Origin: an uncultured bacterium
GTDB taxonomy: Bacteria; Chloroflexota; Dehalococcoidia; Lucifugimonadales; UBA3495
NCBI GenBank assembly: GCA_963997925.1
Contig: CAXEOX010000005.1
Location: 1 to 56,012, forward strand
Length of the DNA stretch: 56,012 bases
Direction: 5' to 3'
This document shows, one piece after another, positions 8,645 to 17,189 of the stretch (the first letter of the stretch is position 1; each line of letters opens with the position of its first letter). The notes beneath the pieces are model-generated. The model was not told the DNA's origin. It was given only the letters and a program-made list of their open reading frames with translations, and made no database searches. The translations under genes were made by a program, and so were the position numbers.

Positions 8645-8787
8645 ATGAGATTGGATCTGACGCAGTAGTCGAGTCAAAATTGAGCGAAAACCCTTCCCCG
8701 TTCCGTACTATCGCGGTCACTTATTGTGAGGCTCATTGTCTTCAGTTGTGTGGCCCTTCCAGTGTTGGTATGATTTCCGAATGAGGC

Positions 8788-9885
8788 TTAAGGCGCCATT
8801 CTCCCAGGGCCCCAATCGTGGGGGATGTTGACCAGATTGGGTTCCAGTTCCTGGATGTTGGTCTGGCCGCAATAGGACATCGCCCGGTCGACCTCTTCTC
8901 GGAGCAACTCCAGGACACCGTGCACCCCTTCCGCGCCGTTAACCGCCAGTCCCCAATAAAGCGGACGGCCGATGGCCACGGCCCTTGCGCCCAAAGCCAA
9001 CGCCTTGATAACGTCGCTGCCTCTACGCACGCCAGAGTCCACATAAACTTCGGCCTGGCCTTTGGCAGCCGCGACGACCTCGGGGACCATCTCGATGGCA
9101 CCCATGGTCATGTCCATCTGACGGCCTCCGTGGGTGGAGACCAGGATGCCGTTGACGCCGTTCTCCACGGCCACATGAGCATCCTCGGCGGTCCTGATAC
9201 CTTTTAGCACCAAGGGCAGAGAGGTTAATCCTCGCAGCCATTCTAGCTCTTTCCAAGTGATGGGCTGGACTCTGGAGACTTCCCAACCTGGTGTTTCGTC
9301 GGTGCCGCTAATCTCGCTTTGCGGGCGATCCACCGCACGGAAATTACCCAGTTCGAAGCCCCTGGTGTACTGGTTGCGAAGGTCCCGCTCTTTGGGGCTG
9401 GGGGACGGGGTATCCACGGTCAAACAAATCGCTTTGAAGCCCGCCTCCTCAGCACGGTGGACGAGCATCTCGGTTAGGTCGTATCCCCGATGGTACAGCT
9501 GAAACCACAAAGGACCGGTTGCCGCTTCGGCCACCTCCTCCATGCTGTAGTTGGATGACGTGCTCAGCATCATTAGTGTGTCCGACATTCCGGCGCCGCG
9601 GGCCGTAGCCCGTTCGCCGTCTTGGTGGGCGACCATGTGGCTGCCCGCCGGAGAGACCATCACCGGCATGCTGATTTTCTCGCCTAGCACCGTGGTGGAG
9701 ATGTCCCGATGTTCGACGTCCCGCAGGAAGCGGGGACGCAGGGTTAGGTCTTCAAAGGCAGACCGGTTGCGCCGGGTGGTAAATTCGTCCATAGCGCCGG
9801 CGTCAATGAAGTCCCAGGCGTCGTGGGACAGGGTTAACTTGGCCCTGGCCTCGTAGTCATAAAGATTGATGGGGTCCATGCTCAT
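8788..9885 (-). CDS. FMN-dependent alpha-hydroxy-acid oxidase/dehydrogenase (glycolate/L-lactate oxidase family), copy A
   Basis: LSTSSN, WFQLY, LTVDTP, LVLKG, VSTHGGRQ and DSGVRRGSDVIKALALGA motifs of the FMN_dh family. Confidence 0.9.
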   Translation of the reverse strand: MSMDPINLYDYEARAKLTLSHDAWDFIDAGAMDEFTTRRNRSAFEDLTLRPRFLRDVEHRDISTTVLGEKISMPVMVSPAGSHMVAHQDGERATARGAGMSDTLMMLSTSSNYSMEEVAEAATGPLWFQLYHRGYDLTEMLVHRAEEAGFKAICLTVDTPSPSPKERDLRNQYTRGFELGNFRAVDRPQSEISGTDETPGWEVSRVQPITWKELEWLRGLTSLPLVLKGIRTAEDAHVAVENGVNGILVSTHGGRQMDMTMGAIEMVPEVVAAAKGQAEVYVDSGVRRGSDVIKALALGARAVAIGRPLYWGLAVNGAEGVHGVLELLREEVDRAMSYCGQTNIQELEPNLVNIPHDWGPGRMAP

Positions 9886-9918
9886 ATGGCTCTCCTCGAT
9901 GCGGGGTATAGGTTTCGT

Positions 9919-11016
9919 CTAGAATGAAATAGGGCCCGGTCCCCAATCTGCCGGAATGTTAACAAGATTTGGCTCAAGGGCTTGAACTGAGTTCTGGCCG
10001 CAATAGGACATCGCCCGGTCTACTTCTTCCCGTAATAACTCCAACACACCGTGGACCCCTTCGGCCCCATTCACAGCCAGGCCCCAGAATAGAGGCCGGC
10101 CGATTCCCACGGCCTGTGCTCCCAAAGCCAGCGCTTTGACCACGTCGCTGCCCCGCCGGACTCCTGAGTCCAGGTAGACTTCGGCCTGGCCTTTGGCGGC
10201 TGCCACGACTTCAGGTAGCATTTCGATAGCGCCCATAGTCATGTCCATCTGACGTCCGCCGTGGGTAGAAACCAGGAGGCCGTTGACTCCGTTTTCCACC
10301 GCCATGTGGGCATCTTCGGCGGTCCTGACGCCCTTGAGCACTAGGGGCAATGATGTCAATCCACGCAGCCACTCCAGTTCCCTCCAGGTAAGAGGAGCGG
10401 TGCGGGAAACATCCCAGCCCGGGGTTTCGTCGGTGCCGCTGGTTTCGTTGCGCGGCCGGTCTGAGCCTCGGAAATTGCCCAAGTCGTGGCGCCGTTCGTA
10501 CTGGTTACGCAGATCCCGCTCTTTGGGACTGGGGGACGGGGTGTCCACGGTCAGACAAATCGCTTTGAAACCCGCTTCTTCCGCCCGGTGGACCAGCGTT
10601 TCGGTTAACTCGTAGCCTCGATGATACAACTGGAACCAGAGCGGGCCTCTGGCGGCGTCCGCCACTTCTTCCATGCTGCAATTGGAGCTTGTGCTAAGCA
10701 TCATCAAAGTGTCGGACATACCTGCGCCCCGCGCAGTTGCCTGTTCGCCTTCGGGATGAGCTTTCATGTGAGATCCCGCAGGGCATATGAAAACCGGCAT
10801 GCTGATTTTGTCCCCCAGCATGGTTGTGGAAATATCCCGATTTTCTATGTCCCGCAAGAAGCGAGGGCGCAGGGTCAAGGCTTCGAATGCCGACCTGTTG
10901 CGCCTGGTGGTGAACATGTCCATCGCGCCGGCGTCGATGGTATCCCAGTCGTTGTGGGACAGGGTGAGTTTAGCTCGGTCTTCGTAGTCGTAAAGATTGA
11001 TGGGGTCCATACTCAT
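9919..11016 (-). CDS. FMN-dependent alpha-hydroxy-acid oxidase/dehydrogenase, copy B (tandem paralogue)
   Basis: Same length (365 aa), about 85% identical to copy A by hand count, 33-nt spacer. Confidence 0.9.
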   Translation of the reverse strand: MSMDPINLYDYEDRAKLTLSHNDWDTIDAGAMDMFTTRRNRSAFEALTLRPRFLRDIENRDISTTMLGDKISMPVFICPAGSHMKAHPEGEQATARGAGMSDTLMMLSTSSNCSMEEVADAARGPLWFQLYHRGYELTETLVHRAEEAGFKAICLTVDTPSPSPKERDLRNQYERRHDLGNFRGSDRPRNETSGTDETPGWDVSRTAPLTWRELEWLRGLTSLPLVLKGVRTAEDAHMAVENGVNGLLVSTHGGRQMDMTMGAIEMLPEVVAAAKGQAEVYLDSGVRRGSDVVKALALGAQAVGIGRPLFWGLAVNGAEGVHGVLELLREEVDRAMSYCGQNSVQALEPNLVNIPADWGPGPISF

Positions 11017-11299
11017 GGTTGCCTCCTGTAGGTTGCTGTCTAGGCATCGGCCATAAGCTATCAGCGGTTGGAAAGTGGCTGATGCGGGTGTAATTGGGCG
11101 AAACCAACCCTACTCTAGCGGGTGGGCTCGGTGGTGGCAAGCTATTGATAGCGAATAGATTTTATCTGGATTACCTGCGGGAGATTGACGGGGCTACTGA
11201 CGGTTGTTCTGGCCGGAGCGGGTTGCGGCTGTAGTGGTTGAACGAACCGTTAATTTGCTCGATGTTCAAGTTCCGACGAGTTCCGAGATTCACAAAAAA

Positions 11300-11328
11300 G
11301 TAGGGGCGGGTTTTAAACCCGCCCCTAC
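11300..11328. terminator. REP-A4 palindrome, probable terminator after the OFOR beta gene
   Basis: GTAGGGGCGGGTTT-T-AAACCCGCCCCTAC, preceded by an A-run (a U-run on the minus transcript), 27 nt downstream of the stop at 11355. Confidence 0.55.
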
Positions 11329-11354
11329 TGGATCGCCTTGAGGATGCTTAATCC

Positions 11355-12344
11355 CTAGTCTTCTTTCATGGAAACCGGGATCACTCCGGGGAGCCACCAC
11401 TTTTCCCAGCTTTCGTCCACCTTGTCCTGGAAGAATTTGATGTCTTCCGGGGTGAAGTGGGCGAAGCGGCCCTGGCGCAGCAGGTAGTCCTCTACCGGCT
11501 TACGTTTCCGGACGCCACGGGCGATGGCGCGGGAAGGTCCGTTGAGAATCAACTCGCCGTCGATGATTTCGTACTGCACCCACAGTCCGGTCTCGACTAT
11601 CAGCATTCCCAGTTCATGGGAGAACTTGGGGTCGTAGTCCCAGCCCTTGGGGCAAGGGTCGATGCTGTGGATGAAGGTGGGTCCGCCGATGGTTAGTGCC
11701 CGGCGGATCTTGTTGTTGAAGTCCAACCCGTAGGAGCCGTCGGCGGATGCCACGTAGCGGACGTTGGGGTGTCCGACGGCCAGCATGGGCGCCGTGTTCT
11801 TCTTCCACCGCTTGTTCATGTTGCGGATCTCTTTTCCCACCGGGCTGAAGGTGGTGTTGGCGCCGTAGGGTGTGCTGCCCGATGCCTGGATGTCGGTGTT
11901 GGCGTAGGACTCGTTGTCGTACATCAGAATCAGCAGGTTGTATTCGTCATGCTGCAACGCCGCCGAGATAGCGGCCAGGCCCATGTCGGCGCCGCCGCCG
12001 TCTCCGCAGAAAGCGATGACGTTGATGGGCTCTTTGGTCATCTTGCCCTTGCGCATCATGGACGATAGGGCTGCGGCGGTGCCGGTGGCGGCAGAGCCGG
12101 CGGATCCCAACTGGGTATGCATCCACGGCACAACCCAAGGAGTGCTGTAGTAGGTGGTGTTGGCCACGTACATGCAGCCGGTGCTGCCTACCACGATGGT
12201 ACGCTGGCCTGCGGCTTTAATCATCAGCCGCATGACCAAGGCGGACTCGCAGCCTTGGCAGGTGCGGTGGCCGGAGGTGTAACCCTCGGCCAAGGGTATA
12301 TTTTTAACCCCTTGAATCTGGGGAAGGTCTTGTACGCTAGTCAT
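11355..12344 (-). CDS. 2-oxoacid:ferredoxin oxidoreductase, beta (ThDP/[4Fe-4S]) subunit
   Basis: CQGCES...GSTGCMY cysteines, GDGGGADMG ThDP motif, 329 aa. Confidence 0.9.
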   Translation of the reverse strand: MTSVQDLPQIQGVKNIPLAEGYTSGHRTCQGCESALVMRLMIKAAGQRTIVVGSTGCMYVANTTYYSTPWVVPWMHTQLGSAGSAATGTAAALSSMMRKGKMTKEPINVIAFCGDGGGADMGLAAISAALQHDEYNLLILMYDNESYANTDIQASGSTPYGANTTFSPVGKEIRNMNKRWKKNTAPMLAVGHPNVRYVASADGSYGLDFNNKIRRALTIGGPTFIHSIDPCPKGWDYDPKFSHELGMLIVETGLWVQYEIIDGELILNGPSRAIARGVRKRKPVEDYLLRQGRFAHFTPEDIKFFQDKVDESWEKWWLPGVIPVSMKED

Positions 12345-12348
12345 ATCG

Positions 12349-13572
12349 TTAATCCCTCACTCCTATCCAGGTGGTTTCTTTCTCAATCTTGCCGGTGTCG
12401 ATGGCCTTTTGGGTGATGTCGACCATTTCGTTCACGTCATTGACGTGGACTTCACGTCCGCCCAATCCTGCGATGAAGTTCAGCATATGGGGATGCTTCT
12501 CCATGGGATAAAGGGCTGAACGGAGTTCAGTGAATAACACCCCGCCGAAGGACGGAGCGCCGTAGGAGTAGTCTCGGTCGACGACGCAGACGGCTTTGCA
12601 CTTGGTCAGAATCTCCTGAAGTTCCTCGGTGGGGAAAGGACGGAAGAATTTGACTCTCAAGAAACCGACCTTCCTACCCTGTTCCTGGTACCGCCGAACG
12701 GCGACACGGACGGGCAATGCCAGGGTTCCCATACCGACGATGATTATCTCAGCGTCTTCTGTCATGTACTCTTCAACGAAGGGACTGGGATCTCCCCGAC
12801 CGAAGATTTCTTTGAATTCTTCGTAGGCTTGTTTGATTTTCGCAACGGACCGGTGCATGGCTTCGTCGGACTGCCGGCGCATCTCCATTAGCCAGTCCTC
12901 ATTAACCTGAGGGGCGATGGTTATGGGGTTGTCCGGGTGAAGCTGGAGCTTGCCCCGGTCGTAGGGCGGCAGGAATTTGTCGACCTGCTCTCTGGTGGGT
13001 ACGTTGACGATGGCTTGGGAGTGGGTCAGGAAGGACCCGTCGCAGCTCAGGGCCATGGGAAGGAAGACGTCGGGGTCTTCCGCCACTCGCCAGGCCAGCA
13101 GCGCTGTGTCCAATGCTTCCTGAGCCGTGGCGACCCAATAGAGCATCCAGCCCAAATCCCGAACGGCCAAAGCGTCGTTGTGTTCCACGCCGAAGGCGCC
13201 TGGATCGTCCAACGCCCGGTTGCCCACCATGGCTACCACGGGCAGCCGCAGACCGGCGGTTACCGTGATGGCTTCGAAGGCGTAGAACCAGCCCACGCCG
13301 CTGGAGCCGGTGAAGGTCCTAGCTCCAACTGAGGAAGCGTGCTTCACAATCTCGAATTGGGAGTGCTCGCTCTCGGCGACGATAAAGTCGAAGTCGAAAG
13401 AGCCGTCGGCCTTGAGCCGGGAGACGAACTGCATGACGGTGTCATAGGGCCGGATGGGATACGCGGTAATCACGTCCACATCGGCCAGAGCGCAGGCCAA
13501 AGCGATAGCCTCACTGCCGCTGATGAGCTCTTCTGTTTCGGTTTGGAAAAGTTCGATTGCTGTACTAGTCAT
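12349..13572 (-). CDS. 2-oxoacid:ferredoxin oxidoreductase, alpha subunit
   Basis: SGSEAIALACALADVDVITAYPIRP and AESEHSQ motifs. ATGA overlap with the upstream gene and a 4-nt gap to beta. Confidence 0.9.
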   Translation of the reverse strand: MTSTAIELFQTETEELISGSEAIALACALADVDVITAYPIRPYDTVMQFVSRLKADGSFDFDFIVAESEHSQFEIVKHASSVGARTFTGSSGVGWFYAFEAITVTAGLRLPVVAMVGNRALDDPGAFGVEHNDALAVRDLGWMLYWVATAQEALDTALLAWRVAEDPDVFLPMALSCDGSFLTHSQAIVNVPTREQVDKFLPPYDRGKLQLHPDNPITIAPQVNEDWLMEMRRQSDEAMHRSVAKIKQAYEEFKEIFGRGDPSPFVEEYMTEDAEIIIVGMGTLALPVRVAVRRYQEQGRKVGFLRVKFFRPFPTEELQEILTKCKAVCVVDRDYSYGAPSFGGVLFTELRSALYPMEKHPHMLNFIAGLGGREVHVNDVNEMVDITQKAIDTGKIEKETTWIGVRD

Positions 13573-14723
13573 TACGCATCCTCCGACGCGGCGATGTCTT
13601 CGGCGTACCCTCCGATGTGATGGAAGCCGTGGGTGCGAGATTCCGCTTTCTGCTTATCCACCAAGGCGGTCATCCATGTCTGGTAGGCAGGCTTGTCCTC
13701 CTGCCAGGCTTCATATTGGCTGCTGTTGTCGTTGAAGTCGGCCTCGCTGACCATGGTTACGCAGTCGGGAACCGGGCAGACTGCTTCGCATACGCCGCAG
13801 CCGCAACAGGATTCCATGTTGGCGTCGTACAGCCCGTCGGGCGTAACGTCGAAACAGGTGTCGGGACACTGCAGCCAGCAGAGTGTGCACTTGATGCAGG
13901 TCTCGAAGTTAATCACCGGCCGCATGGAGCGGGTGCTGAATTTCTTGAACACTTCGTTCCGGTCCGGCTGGAAGCCCTCATCGCCGCCGCGGAAGCCGCC
14001 ACCCTTACCTTGGGCCCGGATGACCAGACCTTCTTCCATGGCCTGCCAGCCTAGGAGGTCGAAAGTGAAGGGGACTTCGGAACTGCCCTCGCCCGGTTCC
14101 ACCTGCCGGGTGGTCGCGCCGTCATAGGCCCTGCGGGCAGAGGCAACCTTCGTCTCGTCGTTCCCCTGCTCTGCCATGGCCTGAGCCATTGAGTCAAAAC
14201 TGAATAGCTGGGGGCAGACGTTGCAGAGGGTGCCGAGGATCCGGGCGTCGGTGTGGTCGTCTTTGTACACCCACAGGCCGGAGAAGCTCACCGTGCTCTT
14301 GCTGATAGACAAGCCAAAGGCGGTGTCCTTCTGGTGGATGTCTTCAATCAGAGAATCGGCATCCTGGCGGGAGGTTACAATCAACGTCCCGTTGGCTTTG
14401 GTTAGCTGGTTGATGGGTTGTAGACCGTACCAGGCCCAGGACTCGATGCCTTTGCACATGGTGTCGTCTACGTTGATGGTTACGTCAACCTCAGTGGGTT
14501 CGTAACGGGCTAGAGTTTCCTCCAGTTCCTCGGCATTGTCGGCCACCACTGCGAACTGTTTGGCCGGGATTCCGTTGCGCTCCGGAGAGTCTCCGTACCG
14601 GCCAAAGGCGGTACCGATCTTGCCCTCCTTCCGCGCGGCGAACACGATGGACCGCACGATGTTGCGGGCCAGGGTTCTTTGGAATATACCGCGGTAAATC
14701 ACCTCCACGGCAACTGTGCTCAT
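13572..14723 (-). CDS. 2-oxoacid:ferredoxin oxidoreductase, fused gamma + delta (2x[4Fe-4S] ferredoxin) subunit
   Basis: N-terminal gamma-like domain. C-terminal CIKCTLCWLQCP and CCGCGVCEAVCP cluster motifs. Confidence 0.8.
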   Translation of the reverse strand: MSTVAVEVIYRGIFQRTLARNIVRSIVFAARKEGKIGTAFGRYGDSPERNGIPAKQFAVVADNAEELEETLARYEPTEVDVTINVDDTMCKGIESWAWYGLQPINQLTKANGTLIVTSRQDADSLIEDIHQKDTAFGLSISKSTVSFSGLWVYKDDHTDARILGTLCNVCPQLFSFDSMAQAMAEQGNDETKVASARRAYDGATTRQVEPGEGSSEVPFTFDLLGWQAMEEGLVIRAQGKGGGFRGGDEGFQPDRNEVFKKFSTRSMRPVINFETCIKCTLCWLQCPDTCFDVTPDGLYDANMESCCGCGVCEAVCPVPDCVTMVSEADFNDNSSQYEAWQEDKPAYQTWMTALVDKQKAESRTHGFHHIGGYAEDIAASEDA

Positions 14724-14772
14724 GACTGTTCCTCCATATTAGTGTGTTTTGTTTACTTCTGGTTTCGTGCTG

Positions 14773-14800
14773 TCAGCTATTAGCTTTCAGCGGTCAGCAA
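14773..14800 (+). repeat. tandem heptad array (H2)
   Basis: TCAGCTA TTAGCTT TCAGCGG TCAGCAA. The GntR stop codon (14787-14789) is the TCA of unit 3. Confidence 0.8.
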
Positions 14801-15593
14801 CTTTCGTCTTTCCCCGTAACACATCTGAGCGAGGTATTTCAGGGAGATTGGCGCTATCGGCCTCCTGAGAGTTGATCGCTGATGGCTCTTTATTTGTTGG
14901 CTCATCGCTCGTCAGGTTCTCCGGTTCCACCGTCGTGAGGTGGTATTCCATCGCCCGGCGCGCCCCGGCGGCGTCTCCGCTGTGAATCATGCCCAGAATC
15001 TCCCGATGGGAAGCTAATGAGCGCTGAGGGCGTCCCGGCTCTTGGAGCGACTGGTTACGGGAACGCCGTAGTATATCCTCCACTGCGCTGACTACTTTAA
15101 CCAGGGCCGAGTTGTGTGTGGCAGAGGCCATGGCGAAGTGAAACGCAGTGTCCGAGTCGACCCCGGTGCCTCCATCGGCAATCTCCTTGACCTGCTCCTC
15201 CAAGATACTCTCGAGTTCTGCCACTTCTTGCTTGTTGGCCCGCTGGGCCGCCAACGCAGCGATCTGTGGCTCTAACATGTGACGCATCTCAAATATGTGT
15301 TTGAGGGTGTCCGCTCCCGACGTAAGGGTCGATGCAAGCAGCGCCACCATTGACTCCAGGTTATCCGTGTTAATGAATGTTCCGGAACCTCGCTTGCTGA
15401 TGACCAGGCCTTGAAGTTCCAGTGACCGGAGGGCTTCGCGTACCGAACTGCGGCTTACCTGAAGCTGATCCGCCAACACCCGCTCGGACGGTAGGCGCTC
15501 ACCGGGTTTCAGCACTCCCTGCCTTATCAGAGAGCTGAATTCCTGTACGATATCTTCGTATAATCTGCGCCCTTTGGCCGCTTGATCTGTCAT
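14787..15593 (-). CDS. GntR-family transcriptional regulator, FadR subfamily (FCD domain; LldR/PdhR/GlcC-like)
   Basis: LPSERVLADQLQVSRSSVREALRSLELQGLV wHTH plus a helical FCD-type C-terminal domain. Confidence 0.9.
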   Translation of the reverse strand: MTDQAAKGRRLYEDIVQEFSSLIRQGVLKPGERLPSERVLADQLQVSRSSVREALRSLELQGLVISKRGSGTFINTDNLESMVALLASTLTSGADTLKHIFEMRHMLEPQIAALAAQRANKQEVAELESILEEQVKEIADGGTGVDSDTAFHFAMASATHNSALVKVVSAVEDILRRSRNQSLQEPGRPQRSLASHREILGMIHSGDAAGARRAMEYHLTTVEPENLTSDEPTNKEPSAINSQEADSANLPEIPRSDVLRGKTKVADR

Positions 15594-15608
15594 GCACTCC
15601 TGATTAAG

Positions 15609-15619
15609 TGGTCAGACCA
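15609..15619. promoter_or_regulatory. candidate GntR/FadR-type operator TGGTCAGACCA
   Basis: Perfect 5-1-5 palindrome 16 nt upstream of the GntR ATG, within AAGTGGTCAGACCAATT. Matches the TGGTnnnACCA core of FadR/PdhR/LldR boxes. Confidence 0.45.
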
Positions 15620-15822
15620 ATTTTAACAATGGGATTATACACCCACAGGCGTGAATGTCAAGAATCAAAGGGGGTCTGACTAGCACCGGCTGAGGATGAA
15701 TCGTCAGGCGGATATCAGCTGAGCTCTTATATGGAAGTTAGCCTGGATAACCCTGAACAGGAATAGTATAATCGGTCTGCTTCAGGTCCACGGAAGGGGA
15801 ATAAATCAGAGGGCTAGCCGAC

Positions 15823-17040
15823 TTGGATGATGTAATTGTGGTGGGAGCCGGACCGGCGGGCAATAACACCGCCTTGGGGCTGGCAAGTGAAGGCTACTCC
15901 GTAACCGTGATCGACTCTCGGTACGAGATTGGCGACAAGCTGTGCACCGGTCTTATCGGCCGGGAATGCGCCAACCGATTCCCGATAGACCCCTCGTTCA
16001 TCTACCGCGAACCCAACTCCGCCCGTTTGGTAGCCCCCGGGGCCGGGACACTCTTCTTTGAAACAGCAAAGCCCCAGGCCTGCGTCGTCGACCGGGTCGC
16101 TTACGTGGCGTCCTTCGCTCAGAGAGCTAGGGAAGCCGGGGCAACTTACCTCTTGGGGCAGCGGGTCGAAAAGATTATCTCTCAAGAACATGGTGTCACG
16201 GTGATTACCGGTGAGGGAAGTCACCAAGCCCGAGCCGTGGTCCTAGCCACTGGATTCGGATCTCCCTTGGTCAAAAAAGCCGGACTGGGAACGGTGAGCG
16301 ACTACGTTACCGGCGTTCAAGCGGTGGTTTCCACAGATGGAAAAGATGATGTTGAAGTCCATCTAGGAGGACACGTGGCGCCGGGTTTCTTCTCTTGGTT
16401 GGTTCCCACATCTCCGGGCCGGGCCTTGGTGGGTTTGCTATCCCGGAAGAAGGCCCAAACGCGGCTGACCGGGTTCATCCAGCAACTCCGGCAGGACGGG
16501 AAGATTAATGAGGTAGTTGATGAGACCGCCAAGTGGGGCATTCCTCTAAGGTCGTTGAAGCATACCTATCAAGACCGGATGTTGGTTGTCGGGGATGCGG
16601 CGGGTCAAGTTAAGCCAACCACCGGAGGCGGGATCTACTATTCCTTGCTGGCCAGCGAAGCTGCCTCCCAAGTATTGTCCGAGGCGTTGGCCGATGATGA
16701 CCTTTCGTCGGGGAATCTCAGCCGGTATCAGTCCCGCTGGCGGGAGCTTTTGGCCGACGAGATGGAGGTGGGCTATTCAGCCCGCCGTCTATACGAATTC
16801 CTGTCTGATCAGCAGATTGGTTCGCTGGTGAAGCGAGCCGGCGCCAATGGCTTCAATAGCGAGTTGGTCGACGCCTCGGAAGGAACTTTCGACTGGCATA
16901 GCAAGATGATTGGACAGATTATGGGCAATCCGGGACTGGGAGGCGCACTGCGCATGATAAACCCGCTCCTGGCCCGCTTCGCTCACCACCCAGAAAATGG
17001 CTCAGCGCAACCTGAAGTTTCCTCAGCCTATCGCGACTAA
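15823..17040 (+). CDS. FAD-dependent oxidoreductase, geranylgeranyl-reductase family
   Basis: TTG start. DVIVVGAGPAGNNTALGLASEGYSVTVIDSR dinucleotide fold and GDAAGQVKPTTGGGIYYS motif. Confidence 0.75.
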   Translation: MDDVIVVGAGPAGNNTALGLASEGYSVTVIDSRYEIGDKLCTGLIGRECANRFPIDPSFIYREPNSARLVAPGAGTLFFETAKPQACVVDRVAYVASFAQRAREAGATYLLGQRVEKIISQEHGVTVITGEGSHQARAVVLATGFGSPLVKKAGLGTVSDYVTGVQAVVSTDGKDDVEVHLGGHVAPGFFSWLVPTSPGRALVGLLSRKKAQTRLTGFIQQLRQDGKINEVVDETAKWGIPLRSLKHTYQDRMLVVGDAAGQVKPTTGGGIYYSLLASEAASQVLSEALADDDLSSGNLSRYQSRWRELLADEMEVGYSARRLYEFLSDQQIGSLVKRAGANGFNSELVDASEGTFDWHSKMIGQIMGNPGLGGALRMINPLLARFAHHPENGSAQPEVSSAYRD

Positions 17041-17189
17041 CCGGCTTTCGGTTCCCCTTTTCCTCCCCCCACTAGGTTTTCGGCCATTTTCGATACGGCC
17101 CCCGCACCGCTGCCGGTCTTTTATTGACATCCTGTTCCCATTGCTTGATTATGTTTTCGGGCGATGAATAATACACTGTATCGAGATTT

